A DNA stretch of 64,000 nt, taken from IMG/VR virus record IMGVR_UViG_3300044957_000861, positions 24,935 through 88,934 of that record. One strand, given 5' to 3'. Below, in pieces: positions 11,801 through 24,067 of this stretch. This DNA is from a virus. The position numbers and the translations under genes were made by a program. The stretch's first letter is position 1. The number at the start of each line of letters is the position of its first letter. The notes under the pieces were generated by a model. The model saw nothing but the letters and a program-made list of their open reading frames with translations, searched no databases and was not told the origin of the DNA.

Positions 11801-14800
11801 ACGAAACATAGCCTGCTGGTTGGGAAGGTGCATTGTTTGTGCCACCCCCGCCACCCCCCCCGCCGCCGCCCTTGCCGCCGCCTGGAGAAGTTGTTTTTAC
11901 TACTGGAGTATAAATTTCAAAAAATGTCAAAAATTTTCTAAACAAAATTTCAAAGAATTTTTTACCAGTAGTTCCCACTGGAACAGAAAGTTTGTCAGAA
12001 TTAAATAGCTGGCTGAATTTGAACGTTTTGTACTGCCCAAGATCTGATTGATATATGGTATGTAATATTTTTATTTTTTCATCTAACGATTTTGCTATGC
12101 TACTTGGTATCGCACGGGTTACATTTAAGTACCATTTTTCAAAGAAAAGCCATTGATCATAAACAATTCTGACCGTATTAAAATCTGGAAGGTTTTTATC
12201 AGTACCAGTTACTTTGTTACTTGCTTTAAACCAGTAAAGATCACCAAAAACTTTATGTGTTGCGTCTTCCATCACTGACCATAAAGCGCCTTTTTCGGTA
12301 ATTATATTGAAGAGTAATTTCTCTTTATTTGCTGCTGACTGCTTAGGATCTGTTGGCGCATTAAGATTGAATTCTTTTCCACGCAACGTTATTCCAGTAA
12401 CACCAGATGTATCCGCTACCATAACTTGGCTACTGTCTACGCCTGCTCCTACGCCTCCTCCTCCGCCTCCTACTCCTCCGCCTCCGGCTCCTTTAGATTG
12501 ACCATCCATGTACTCGTTCCAATACTTTGTTATTGGAAGATCGTTTGTATAGTGAAAGTTGTTTCTTGTGTGAGATTTGTCTTTGAATTTTCTATACATA
12601 ATATCAGTAACAGAAAATACATTTGTTGGATATCTGTAAAGATAAAATGGAGACTGTTTATTGCGAACGGGTATGGGCTGATAATCAGTTGAAGAATATG
12701 AGGTGTTCCCATCAACATTGGTTACAACAACATAAGCTCCATATATGCCCTTAGAACTTCCGTCTGGTTCTTCGGGAATTGCTTTTTTGGTTGTAATTGT
12801 CACTGAGCTTGATTCGCCATTAAGACTCATTTTAAAATTAGTGGACCAATTAACCTCATAGTTGTATCTATTGGTTTTTACTTCAGTAACAAAAAGTTGA
12901 GTTTTAAATGCGTAATCATAGTCTTTAACAAATTGACTTCCTGGCAAATATTCCTTTGGAGTTTTTATTACAGAATTAACTTGAGAGATATAATCCGAAT
13001 AATCCAAAATAACATACGGATAATAAATGGAATCTAAATCAAACTGCCTTGAATAAACTATTGAATAGGCGTCTATAGACAACGAACTACCTGCCATCTT
13101 ATTTTTTGCTACATTAGACATCTTATGTATACTGTAAGATGTTTTAACATTTGAAAAAATATAATTTGAATTGTCTATTTTTTCAAAATTCAAGAATTTT
13201 ACGTTATCGTTTGAACATTCTAGATAAAATTCTACGTTACTAAAATCTGGATTTATCATCGTTGCGGCATCAACTTCGTTTGAAGTTGCCTCAAAATCGT
13301 TGATCAAAAGATCTCCGATTGAAACATCAATCTCCCTACAGAATATATTGGTTATTTGCTGAGTAGTATAATCTCCATCAAATTCTGGTTTTTTCATACC
13401 AAAATTAAAGGTTTTCTTTTCGTCTTCAAACAGAACAGTTACTACACCATTGGAATCTGGTTTTCCATTGACCGTCCAAGAATTTCTCCAAGGAGAAATG
13501 TTCCAAACAATCACCGATGCATCGGAATATTGCTGTCTACTGTTTACTTTATTTCTGTTTGACTCGCATATTATGTTATAAAACATTTTGTTTGGACCAA
13601 TTACTGCCTCACTCAAAAGTCCTGTTTGGCTACCCTCCCTTCCAGTTGGAAAAGAGTTTGTTGTTCCCTTATTTTTTCCAGACACAGAAAGACCACTTCC
13701 ACCATAATTATCATTGATAAAAGTAAGAAAAGGGTTTACACAATAAATTGCAAAAGAAGAAAATTCAGAACTAGAATCATACTTGTCTTTTAATATTGCC
13801 GAATACTTCTTGTTTCCATCTTCTATATAAGCTATAGATCTTGCGGAACCATCAGAACTTTCTGGTGTTCCATTAAAAACACGTATCTGATTTACAGAAT
13901 TGTTAGAAAGAATATTTTTTCTATCACCAAATATTCCATAATTTCCTATTGATGACTCATTGTAGGCCGACATATCCCATGCGTTAAGAGATTGATCTCC
14001 GTCAATATATTCATCTACAATTTTTATTAAACCAGTATTATTGCTTGTTGAAGAAAGCGTAAAATCAAAATTTGACAAACCTGAAGCCGATAAACTACTT
14101 TGATCAAGACTGGAGCAATCAATAAATACAGAAACTCCATTTGACAAAAACATATCTATTATTCTTTTTTGCTGCTCATTTATTGTTTTGTTTGGTGTCC
14201 AAACCAAAAAATCATATGAGAAGGCGTCTGCGTTTGTGGTAGCCACCTGAGTGCTAACAAATTCATCTATATTTAGAGCCCAATATTGCCTTTGTGATTT
14301 GGTCAATTCTGAAGAAGCCAATGGATTTTCAAACAGAAAGTTTTGCTGGTTAATAACCGATTCTTCTAAATTTGCAAAAACATATGGATTTTCCATATTT
14401 TCTATAAGACCAGAATACAGTACAGCCACGTTAAGCCTTGCTCTTTCGGCGCTTTCATGTATGTCTTTGTTTTTGCTGAAATTATAATTTATTTTAGCTA
14501 ACAATCTCCAGTTAAAATTTTGAAATGTTCTTGGATCTTGTATTGCTTTTTTGGGAGTTATAATTTTCCATCCATCATCGTTCGTATTATTTTTTAAAAG
14601 TTTATTTTCTTTGTGTGCGAACATTTGTGTTGAATAAACTCTTTTATTAAAAGAACTTGGATCAATTACTTCTGATTCTTCAACAACATAGTTATAAGCT
14701 GGAACAGCATTTATATATTCTCTATAGTTTAGAAACTGATTAAAGGGTATTCCGTCACTGTTTTTTTCATACTTGTCATATATTAAGTATAATCCAACTG

Positions 14801-15441
14801 GATCTGGTGAATCCATTAAAACTATAATTCTGTAAAAATCAACAGATGAACCATCTAGGTCAGTTGGATATTTTTCAATATGAATTCTATATTTATTTTG
14901 ACCATACCCATCAACGTATTTATTACCAAAAGAATCAACAATTCTAATATTATATCTGTCTGGATCTTCTACGACAGGAGAAGTTTCAATTCCAGTATAA
15001 GTTGAACCGATTACCAGATAGTAAAGTATAAAATCTACTTACATAAATGCTATGTGCAAAACGTAAATCATTAAAATTTGTTGAACTTGTAAAGTTATAC
15101 GCTTGAGACTTTTTTTCTATTTTGTCAATTATTATATTGCTTATCGAAACTTCGGAATTTTTTACTATAGGAGAATGTTTTGTTTGATGCAATTCAGAAT
15201 TATTTTTGAGATATCTTAAAACACCGAATTCGTCGGCATACATTGTAAAATCATCATTAATAGCTTTTAATTGACCACTATTTTCTGGTATAAGACTAGA
15301 AGTGTCTAAGACAGAAAGAAAGTTTTCTGGAGTTACCTCTTGAGTGCTATACCAACCAAGATTTACAGCGTCGGAGGGAAGTGTATTGCCTTTTTTAATT
15401 GAAGGTTCTAACCTAGAAGTAAAATCGCTAAAAGATTTCAT
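8838..15441 (-). CDS. Giant virion protein (~2200 aa) with internal peptidoglycan-binding domain; joined by +1 shift at CGG 15007-15009
   Basis: ORFs 14986..15441 and 8838..14816 join if the C at 15009 is skipped (GGT AAT [C]GGT TCA ACT TAT...); the +1 frame is open from there into MDSPDP. PG_binding_1-like motif IDGKYGPQTAAAVRKFQ..IVDSET. Confidence 0.8.
11640..11810 (-). other. Peptidoglycan-binding domain (PG_binding_1-like)
   Basis: YIQYTLK..VTIDGKYGPQTAAAVRKFQSDKKL..DAIVDSETKSIL matches the DG.YG..T..AV..FQ....L..DG.V...T consensus. Confidence 0.8.
11841..11886 (-). repeat. GC-rich poly-Gly linker (PGGGKGGGGGGGGGT)
   Basis: GGN codon run in an otherwise AT-rich gene. Confidence 0.85.
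12436..12492 (-). repeat. Poly-Gly linker (GAGGGGVGGGGGGVGAGV)
   Basis: GGA/GGC codon run. Confidence 0.85.
15006..15009 (-). other. +1 recoding site 1: AAT-C-GGT (codon 145)
   Basis: In-frame CGG; 0-frame stops 7 codons later; +1 frame is open to 8838. Confidence 0.8.
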
Positions 15442-15443
15442 TT

Positions 15444-18400
15444 CTATTCCTCTTCGTAATCAGGGTGCAGGTTCTCATAGGTCTCAATCACATATGGGGT
15501 TACGCCCAAAAGGCCCATTTGATATTGAGTATATCTGCTTATGGGATACCATTTTGGCAAGTTCCAAGTATTTTGGAATACATCCTCATAGTAAACTATT
15601 TCAGTCTCAAAGTCCTTTTTAAAAGAAGAATCAGTGAGATAGTGGTAATAATAGGCATTTTGCCCCAAGTCCGGGGCAAGAACTGGTTCTGAGGATTCTG
15701 ATTGATTAACATCATATTTTTCATACCAATATACTATGTCTCCAGCTATAGTGTTGGGTGTGTCACGCGGAGTTGTATTCATCTCTGTGTCAACGGCAAC
15801 AAACCAATAGCCAGGTATGGCGTCGTTTTGGGCTCTATATGGACCTATTTCAAATTCGCCATTTTGATTTGCGGTTACCATTCCAGACTTTCCCATCTGA
15901 TCTGGCGATACAGTAGATTGACTGTATGGGGTATTGAAAGCTTCAAAAAGGTTTCTTCCCCTTCTCCAATATACTTTTGCATTTGGAGCTGCCGATCCAA
16001 ATATTGAAACCAGCTCTTGTCCATCTGCATTAATTATTTTTTTTGAAACTTCGGCAGAAAGCTTATCAACGAAGAGAGTAGTTGGCTTTAACCAAAAGTC
16101 CACTGTTGTGGAAGTGGTTGGTGTTGCACTAAGGATTTCGAAGACATGTATATGACTACTGATGGGTTTTGCAACTGATCCCCCTATATATTTGACATAT
16201 GCCCTGGCATAGCCTTCTTCATTTGTCAGAACTGATGAGGGTGTTGCCAAAAGATTTTCTCCAGTTATTTGATAATGCACAAATGGTTTTGGATTATTGT
16301 TGACGTCTTTACTAAAGATATTAACAGAAATAAACTGATCTCCATTGTCCAATATTTCTTTTGGAGAAATATGCGCAGATACAGAACCTAATTCATATTC
16401 ATTATTTGACAGATATATATATCCCTCATCCAATGCAGAATAAAGTGGATTTAAATTAACTGGATAATAAGATAAATCTGAATCAAAAATAGACTTTTCA
16501 TATTCAACCATTGTAGAATACTGGTTATCTGGCGTGCTCAACAAAAATATTTTTGTTCTATAAGAACCATCTATCTCGTTGTAAAACTGATTGTCAACAA
16601 AAAACGTGTCTCTCACCCTATATTTAACTTTGTAGGTTGTGCCAGATTTTATTAATGGTTGACCAGAAATATTTTCTGTTTGTATTATATTAGAAAAATA
16701 GGATTGGTTTGTTAAAATCAATTTGCCAGTATAGGTATCAAATAATGATAAGTCAAAGACATTGGAGTATGCTATTGCCAAAAAATTATCGTAAGTTGCT
16801 TTAACATACTCCACATTGTATGGTGAATGAATTGTTGGATTAGCCTCGTCTGCAAATGCTACTTGCGCATACTCTTTGCTCACATAATCAGGAGAAGAAG
16901 AGACTGTTAAAATTACTGGTGCTCCCTGTCTTGCAACTGACTCCAATAAAAACTCAGATTTAGTATAGTGAATTTCCGTGCCCTTGTCGGCGTATAAATA
17001 ATATGGGGTTCCATCCTGATATATATATCCACTTTCAATCACTGGAGAAAGTCTTTTGTCTTGAGAATTTGTCTGTTCAGCGCTAAATTGTATGCCCTTC
17101 ATAATAAATTCATTTATTGATCTGTCGTAATAATTTAAGATACCATATGGAGTTGAGCCTACATCCTCAAAATTTAAACCACTGTTTAAAAATTCTATTA
17201 TTGAAGGATACTCATACTCTGATCTCACATAAACATCATCGTTTTCATTTATTGGTTCTAGTGAACAAATTATGGCGTTTGGAGATGAGGCGTACTCTTC
17301 CAGACCAAAATCAGACCTTCTAAAATCATAAAAACCAATTAAACTTCCATGGTAATTATCCGGAAGATCATAATTTCCAGTTGAACTAGATCTAACAACA
17401 CCGTCATCTGACATGAAGAAAGAAATTTCATCAATGTAATCTGCAGTAAAATTATTCCATGTCAAGTAATTAAATGGATAGTTTGAACTTGGAGTTGCAG
17501 AAATAAACAATAAATCTGGAGTAGCCGAATAAGGAAACTTTACATCTATAAACTTGTAGTTGACTGTTGAAGATCCAGTTGTATCAATATAATATTCATG
17601 CTGATCAGGAGTAGCAAAATTTGGATTTATAAAATGAATCCTTATATTATCCTGGGAAGAAAGTAGGTACTTTTTGTTGTTTTGTTTGTTAAGAGAAATT
17701 CCTCCATATCCTTGATACGGACTAGCTGACAAGTCAACATCATACGAACCTTCAACAACATTTTCTAGGTGCACATATATTGGAGTTGTTCCGTGTGGAA
17801 GGATAAAATCCTTAATCAAATTTGCGGGAAGAATAATTAAATCTGATTTTTTTGTTATATCATTAGATGAATTTAGTCTATTTCCGAATCGATCAGATCT
17901 AATCTTGGGCGTATTAACTATTCTTTTCTTTTTTGGATCATGAATATTTGATATTATTTTAAGTTTTGTTTTGTATGGAGAGTCATCAATTTGAGCAGCG
18001 GTCTTAACAATGGTTCTAGATGATTGATTTGCGTAAGAATTTGGAACGGCATCTAAAAAACCTATTTTGCCATAATTACCAACTGCACCAGATGCATTGG
18101 TTGCTGAAATAAAATTAACAGTTATTGAGTCAACGGCATAAAGTGGAATTTCACTAAAGGTGTACGATTCTGTTGCGTTGGCAACAAAAGTATTTATATA
18201 CGGAGTCCCGCTTGAACTATAATAAATAGATTCTCCGCTAGTAAACCCAGAAGAATTAAATATATCTTTTGACATATATTCATTAATGCTTGGAGCATAC
18301 TGATTTTTCGCCAGAACATTGTACCTGGCTTTGTACACTGCATCGTTTGGTATATCGCCGTGCAAATTTAAATGAAGACTAACGTCATAGGTAATGGTTG

Positions 18401-20148
18401 CAGTTTGGTTGTCTATATATTCCTCATAATATGAAACATAAGTATCATATACTATATCTATAGGCTCGTAAGCCTCTTTTACTCCATCCATTTTTATTCC
18501 ACTTGCCCTTATGCCAAAAGAATAATTTTGGATTCCATAATCTAATTTTTCCAACTTTATTTTTATATCGTTCAAATCACCAATTCCTGGTTGGTAATTT
18601 TCCATATAATATTCAGGTGTAGCACTATCTGTTATTTGCGGTATTTGAGAAAAACCTTCCATCCTTTTTCCAGCTGGATCCCAATAAGCTTCTCCCCACT
18701 TTACGTATCCAAAATTGGATGGATATTGTCTATTTAAATATTCTACAAAATCCATAAAGTCTTTTGTTGCAATTCCGTCTTTACTAAAATACCTATCATC
18801 TTTTTCAATATCTGATATTTCTAATATTTCAGGAGTTGCTCCAATATAAGATGAGTTTGGTGTAGAGCCAAAAGCTCTCCAAATATCTAGCTCTCTTCTC
18901 AAAGTTTTTTTCAAACTATCAGCGTTTATAGCTGGTGGATTTTTATATACGTCAAGTATTCTTAATTTAAAATTTGAATTTGATTCAAGGTAAAGTCTTT
19001 GAAGACCAACTTTCAAACCAAATTCATCAAAACTATTTATATTCTGAACCGTTTCCGATTTATGCATAACGTCATCAACTTTAAGTTGGATAGGTTTTAA
19101 TAAAGTAAATAATTGTGCTGTCAAAAAATTATAATAGAAAACAAAATCAGTTGGTTTATGCTCTAAAAGCTCTCGCATAGAAGACACTCTTGCCATTTCA
19201 AAATAGTCTGCAGTTACCTTTATAAAACCAGGTTTAATATTATTATAAACATGAAGCCACGCTATTTGATTTTGATCTGACAATCCTATAAAAGAATCAA
19301 GTTCTATTCTTGAAATAAGAACATCTATTTCATCTAAATCTTCTCCAATAATAGCATTAATTAATCTACCAGCATTTGTGCTTGGGATTGCTATTTCTGG
19401 TGTTGCTTTCTGCAACGAATCTGCGTATACCTTTGTCCAAGAAGGAAACCTTGAAAGAACACTTCTTGCGTGATCACTTATTACTGGGTTTAATATATCA
19501 GATATTTCTATTTGAACCAACAGCAAAAAGTTTGCTTCAGAAAGATCTGAATCTGCATCAACTTCTACCAAAAATTTACAATATCTTTTTATATCTCTTA
19601 AAAATAAGACAGTTGTTTCCTGGCTAACGTGCGCTGCTTGCATCCATTCTGAATCAAAAGACGAGTTTTTGTCAGAAGATAAAATTTTTAAATTAACACT
19701 TGGAGTCTCTAATCCTGGAAGATTTGAAAATGCGTGCTTATATCCAATAATATCTATTCTAGATGATGTATCAACGAATCTATATAGGGATATGGTCTCT
19801 GAATCGGGAGAAAGAATCCAGTAAGGAGAAGCCTCTTGAAGATCAAAAACATAGCTATCATTGCTTATACTATCATAATTAAATACAGAAAAATCTCCGT
19901 TGAGATTGGTCAAAAACTATTTCCCCATAATTAGTCGGAGTGGCATTTGCTGATATTGTTGGGGTGGATGAAGTTAATTCTGTACCAACAAATGTGTAAT
20001 CACCCAAAAGATTAAGGCCAGTTGCAGATCTATATGTGGAATAATTTTTATAAAATCTATTTGAATAAAGATCAAATACATTTGATGTCCAGACATTACC
20101 ATTCACATTAAAATCAGATTTATTTAATGCCAAAAAGTAAGTTTTCAT
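15444..20148 (-). CDS. Large baseplate/tail protein (~1567 aa); joined by +1 shift at CGG 19897-19899
   Basis: ATG MKTYF at 20148 with AAAGG upstream; ...TCT CAA [C]GGA GAT TTT joins ORF 19879..20178 to 15444..19913. FDEFGLKVGLQRL..ES..FKLRIL resembles baseplate wedge (P2 gpI-like) motifs; Ig-like C-terminal segments. Confidence 0.8.
19896..19899 (-). other. +1 recoding site 2: CAA-C-GGA (codon 84)
   Basis: In-frame CGG inside a ~12-codon window bounded by a +1-frame TAG upstream and a 0-frame TAA downstream. Confidence 0.8.
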
Positions 20149-20159
20149 TGTATGACCTT

Positions 20160-21428
20160 TTAAATTGCGTCTAACCAAACGGAATACTCTGAAGTTATTC
20201 CATTTTCTGGATGAACAAACATTAAATGTTGAGACGGTCTACTCATTGAATTAAAATATTCTTGAGCGTACGTATTGTAACTTTCTGGTGAACCAGATAT
20301 TCTTAAAATAGAACTTCCAATGGTCATTTTGGTTTGCAGATGATAATGTCCCATAAAAACATCTTGAAATTCTTCTGGAATTGCTCCGTCTTTCCAGCCA
20401 AGAACCTTTCTAACATAGGCGATAACAGAATTGGGTGATGGCAGTTGATCTCCATGTATTAAAAGGGTAGAATAATTTCCTATTCTGTCAACAGCATACC
20501 AGTGTCTTTCACCACGACCATCTGGAATATTAAATTTAATTCTATCATTTTGAGAGAAAATTAGACTGACTATCTTGTATAGAAGCCTGTCCATGTTAGA
20601 CTCTGCGTCATACATTTTTCTATTTCTTCCCCCGACGGAGCCGTGATTCCCTATGACGCCAGTAACATATATGTTGTCAAAGTTTTCTAAAGCTGTGTTT
20701 AGAAAACCAGACAAAATCTCTGGACCATTTATCCCGACTTGTCTATATATTCCAGAATCAATTAAATGACTTTGCCCTGGAAATATCTCTTCTCCCTCAA
20801 CTATATCCCCCAAAAGCCATACATGAAGGTCGTCAACTGGATGATCTGCTCTTTGAACTTCAACTATTTCAATCATTTTTTCTGTGTAAAGTTCTATTCT
20901 TTTTGCTAGTACCTGTGAGTTATAATCTGGAGTAACTTTACCCAATTGCCAGTCAGAAAAAACTGCAACTGCGGTTTCTGGTGTGCCCTTGCCCGCTTTT
21001 CTTGGGGCTTTTCTTTGCACTGGGGGGAGTTTGAAGTTTGCAAAAGCGTCGTATGCGGCTCTGTAGATTGTTTGTGAAGCCTCTTCGCTTATGTTTTTGT
21101 GCTTTTCTACCTGCTTGGCGAGACGCTTATTTTCTGAACGAAGAAAATCTATAGTAGAATATTCTATTCCTGATAAATTAGACTCTTCTTCTCCAGAAAA
21201 ATCTACTGATTCAAAATCATCTAGTGAAGTATAAAAAGAATTTTTAACAGCAGAAAAATGCTGTGAAACGTCTTGTTCATCAATTTCTTCTATCAGATAA
21301 TCATCAGCTAGTATGTCGCCGGGAATCTCATCATCTCCCTCAACCATACTTCTAGCTTGACGCATATTCTTTGCTTTTACTATATGACTCTTTGTAACTA
21401 CAAAAGTTTTTTCTGACACAATTACCAC
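20160..21428 (-). CDS. Calcineurin-like metallophosphoesterase with N-terminal acidic/coiled-coil region
   Basis: Motifs in canonical order: FSDWQLG, LLGDIVEG, IGNHG, IHGD, MGHYH. Confidence 0.85.
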   Translation of the reverse strand: MVIVSEKTFVVTKSHIVKAKNMRQARSMVEGDDEIPGDILADDYLIEEIDEQDVSQHFSAVKNSFYTSLDDFESVDFSGEEESNLSGIEYSTIDFLRSENKRLAKQVEKHKNISEEASQTIYRAAYDAFANFKLPPVQRKAPRKAGKGTPETAVAVFSDWQLGKVTPDYNSQVLAKRIELYTEKMIEIVEVQRADHPVDDLHVWLLGDIVEGEEIFPGQSHLIDSGIYRQVGINGPEILSGFLNTALENFDNIYVTGVIGNHGSVGGRNRKMYDAESNMDRLLYKIVSLIFSQNDRIKFNIPDGRGERHWYAVDRIGNYSTLLIHGDQLPSPNSVIAYVRKVLGWKDGAIPEEFQDVFMGHYHLQTKMTIGSSILRISGSPESYNTYAQEYFNSMSRPSQHLMFVHPENGITSEYSVWLDAI

Positions 21429-21437
21429 TCTTTCAGA

Positions 21438-22607
21438 TTAATATCCTTGTGAAGACATTATAACAGAAAAAACCGAAATTGTGCCAGCTATAATGTATTC
21501 TCTTTCTGAGTTTAACCTAAACACACCCTTGGGCACTTCTTGACCTCTTGCTGTTACACTTAACAGGTTTACGGATCGAATAAAGTCTGATGAAGATCTT
21601 ATTGCCATCTCTATTTCTGGGAAAGCTAATGTTCCACCAATTGTAAAAGAATTTAAATATTTTTTGATAAAAGTGTTTGCTTGTGTTTCTATTGCCGTAA
21701 TTGCAGTTGCAGATAGACCTTGCGGTAGCACTATGCTAGCCACAACGCTTATTGGCACTCTTTCTGCAATTCTAATATTTAGCTTAATGCCGACAGGCTT
21801 TTTCCCACTTAAATTTTCTACAAGAGATTGAACAAATAGGGGGTCAACAGACTGCGAGTCTGGCACTACAATTATATCGCATGAGCCTAGACCGTAAGAA
21901 GATTCCCTTATCCTAACATCCCTTACCCCAGCTACCGCTAGGGCATTAAGTCGTAAGGATTCTGCAGTTCCATATGATCTTTCTTTAATTGACATACTTA
22001 TTCTTCTTCTATAATTATCATCACCTTCCATACCCGGCATGGCATATACCTCTTTGGGGTTTGAACAGTAAATTATGGTTCCGTCTGTGGAAACGAAATT
22101 ATGTCTAGTCAAGCTATTTTTTGTGGCGGTGAAATCTTGACTGGTGAAAGTTGGTTGAATTCTACCATACGCCCTTGTTGTACCTGCCACGATAGTTACA
22201 CTGCCCACAAGTTTATATTGATACTGCCTTTCTGCAAATTCTGTTACATCATTAAAAATTAATGTATCTTGTGGAATCGTGATATTGCTGGGTGAAGGAG
22301 CGGATATATAGAACTCTATGTTGTAGCTTGCCCTTTCTTGTTCAGCTTCTGGACTTATAATACTTCTTCTAACTCCATAGAGTTCACCAATTAAATCTAA
22401 TGACTTTCCCGAAGCAGTAGCTATGGAGGTTTGATTAATCGCAAATTTTAACGCATCATATAAATCGCCCACTTCAATTGCTACTGACTCAGCAAATGCT
22501 CTAGCTATAGCGCCTGGATATGTTGCTGTAATTCCCGCATTGTTTTCAAGAGCCTGCATCATGCGGCCAAGTATTTCCGTTTTTGTTTTACTGTAGACTG
22601 TGGGCAC
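21438..22607 (-). CDS. Baseplate J-like (wedge) protein
   Basis: ASGKSLDLIGELYGVRR, EGDDNYRRRI, GT..SL...AL.V.GV, and KPVGI motifs typical of baseplate J/gp47; adjacent to a gp25-like gene. Confidence 0.85.
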   Translation of the reverse strand: MPTVYSKTKTEILGRMMQALENNAGITATYPGAIARAFAESVAIEVGDLYDALKFAINQTSIATASGKSLDLIGELYGVRRSIISPEAEQERASYNIEFYISAPSPSNITIPQDTLIFNDVTEFAERQYQYKLVGSVTIVAGTTRAYGRIQPTFTSQDFTATKNSLTRHNFVSTDGTIIYCSNPKEVYAMPGMEGDDNYRRRISMSIKERSYGTAESLRLNALAVAGVRDVRIRESSYGLGSCDIIVVPDSQSVDPLFVQSLVENLSGKKPVGIKLNIRIAERVPISVVASIVLPQGLSATAITAIETQANTFIKKYLNSFTIGGTLAFPEIEMAIRSSSDFIRSVNLLSVTARGQEVPKGVFRLNSEREYIIAGTISVFSVIMSSQGY

Positions 22608-22625
22608 CGTATACTCCTTGTTATA

Positions 22626-23009
22626 TTACAGCTCTTGAACAACAGAAAGGGTGACTGGTTCTGCTGTATTATTTTCAATATGAACATCAAATCTTATTCC
22701 AGTAGCAGATGTGGGGACTGCATCAATAGATATTGATCTTCCCCTAAAGATTCCGCCTTTTAATTCATTTTCCAAACAATCTCTTATAATTCTCTTACCT
22801 ATCTCTGCTGTGCTTCTATTTTGTGGCATTCCCCTTAATATTGAGAGGTCACATCCTAATCTTGGATAAATTGTAAAATCACTTGGCTCAGTCATTAGCC
22901 TCATATATATTTGTTGAATATCTCTTTGTTGACCATTTTGAACAACAGCTATATCTTTATTTGAAGAAATTAAAATATCTCCACTTAGATCAAAATAAAA
23001 ATCACTCAT
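22626..23009 (-). CDS. gp25/GpW-like baseplate wedge (sheath initiator)
   Basis: QQIYMRLMTEPSDFTIYPRLGCDL matches the gp25-like RL.T..G.....P..G pattern; size and position fit. Confidence 0.75.
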   Translation of the reverse strand: MSDFYFDLSGDILISSNKDIAVVQNGQQRDIQQIYMRLMTEPSDFTIYPRLGCDLSILRGMPQNRSTAEIGKRIIRDCLENELKGGIFRGRSISIDAVPTSATGIRFDVHIENNTAEPVTLSVVQEL

Positions 23010-23692
23010 TATTTTTCCAAATCATCTGTTATCCAAGGAAAATTTTCTAAATTATTTCCTATATTGAAATCTTTTTCATTTATTTTTTTTAAAGACTCTT
23101 CGTAAGAGTATCCAGAAGAAATAAATCTTTTTAAAACTTCTACTTCCTCTTCAGTATGATCTTTGGAAAAGATCTCAATAAGAGTTATTTGCTCAGCAGA
23201 AAATCCACTAGTACTATTTAAAATAACCTGTTTATTGTTTTTTATTCCCAGGCCATACTTACCCATTATAGTAATAGGATTATTTGATTGATTCTGTTCA
23301 AATTGCTGTATATTATTTAAGTAAAAATTAACCCTATGATAGGCTGGATTATTGGAAAAATCTCCTGTTTTTATTAAAGATGGCTCGTTATAAACATCGG
23401 CTGCTGGATTAAAAGACTTTTCGTTCCACCTAAGACCATCATCTTCTTTAGAGAAGAACTTTATAGAATCTGCATAAAAGGATATGCTTCTGGTATTTGG
23501 ATTTATAATTAGACCTATACCAGGGGCAGCAAAAACCTCTATTGATCCATTGTCGGTTATCCTTAAAAAAGCGTTATTGTCTGGATGAGTAAGCCCAACC
23601 TCCCTGTGAGAAAATTCAGTTCTTCTTTTAATTTCCAAAGCTTCATTAAAAGGCTTTGAAGAATTTGGATTTTCTTGATCATAGTTACTCAT
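23009..23692 (-). CDS. Hypothetical baseplate protein (possible spike component)
   Basis: Short beta-repeat-like stretch (AFLRITDNGSIEVFAAPGIGLIINP); lies between the OB-fold-like gene and gp25. Confidence 0.55.
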   Translation of the reverse strand: MSNYDQENPNSSKPFNEALEIKRRTEFSHREVGLTHPDNNAFLRITDNGSIEVFAAPGIGLIINPNTRSISFYADSIKFFSKEDDGLRWNEKSFNPAADVYNEPSLIKTGDFSNNPAYHRVNFYLNNIQQFEQNQSNNPITIMGKYGLGIKNNKQVILNSTSGFSAEQITLIEIFSKDHTEEEVEVLKRFISSGYSYEESLKKINEKDFNIGNNLENFPWITDDLEK

Positions 23693-23694
23693 AT

Positions 23695-24057
23695 TTACTC
23701 CATGAATTTAGGTATACCAGTATATATATTTATATTTCTAGAATTTTTATACGAGTGCGGTTCATTAAAAAACATAATAATATAAGCGTCATCCTCGTGT
23801 TCATCCCTAAAACCCACCAGACAGCGTGTGCCTGGAGCTGGAGCAACCGATTGAACGCCATATGTGAATGGACATGGGACATTCAAGATAGCGTTTCCGA
23901 TTACACTTGAAAATTTCTCATCAACTACAACAGTAGCGGTATTATTTTGTGCATTATAAGACATCACAGTTCCTGGCCTGTTTTTATTTTGCAGAAACTT
24001 TGATCTGTCAATATGATCATTAATTTTTTTGTCAAACTTAGGGTAATTTGCTGGCAT
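23695..24057 (-). CDS. Baseplate spike OB-fold (gpV/gp5 N-terminal-like) protein
   Basis: PGTVMSYNAQNNTATV..ILNVPCP..PAPGTRCLVGF resembles gpV/gp138 N-terminal OB fold. Confidence 0.65.
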   Translation of the reverse strand: MPANYPKFDKKINDHIDRSKFLQNKNRPGTVMSYNAQNNTATVVVDEKFSSVIGNAILNVPCPFTYGVQSVAPAPGTRCLVGFRDEHEDDAYIIMFFNEPHSYKNSRNINIYTGIPKFME

Positions 24058-24067
24058 TTAAATCTCC

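Noticed and set aside
14817-14985. Apparent 170-nt intergenic gap (also 36293..36350) as a regulatory or ncRNA region
   Set aside because: Both gaps are open, protein-like reading frames continuous with the downstream ORF once the +1 shift is applied.
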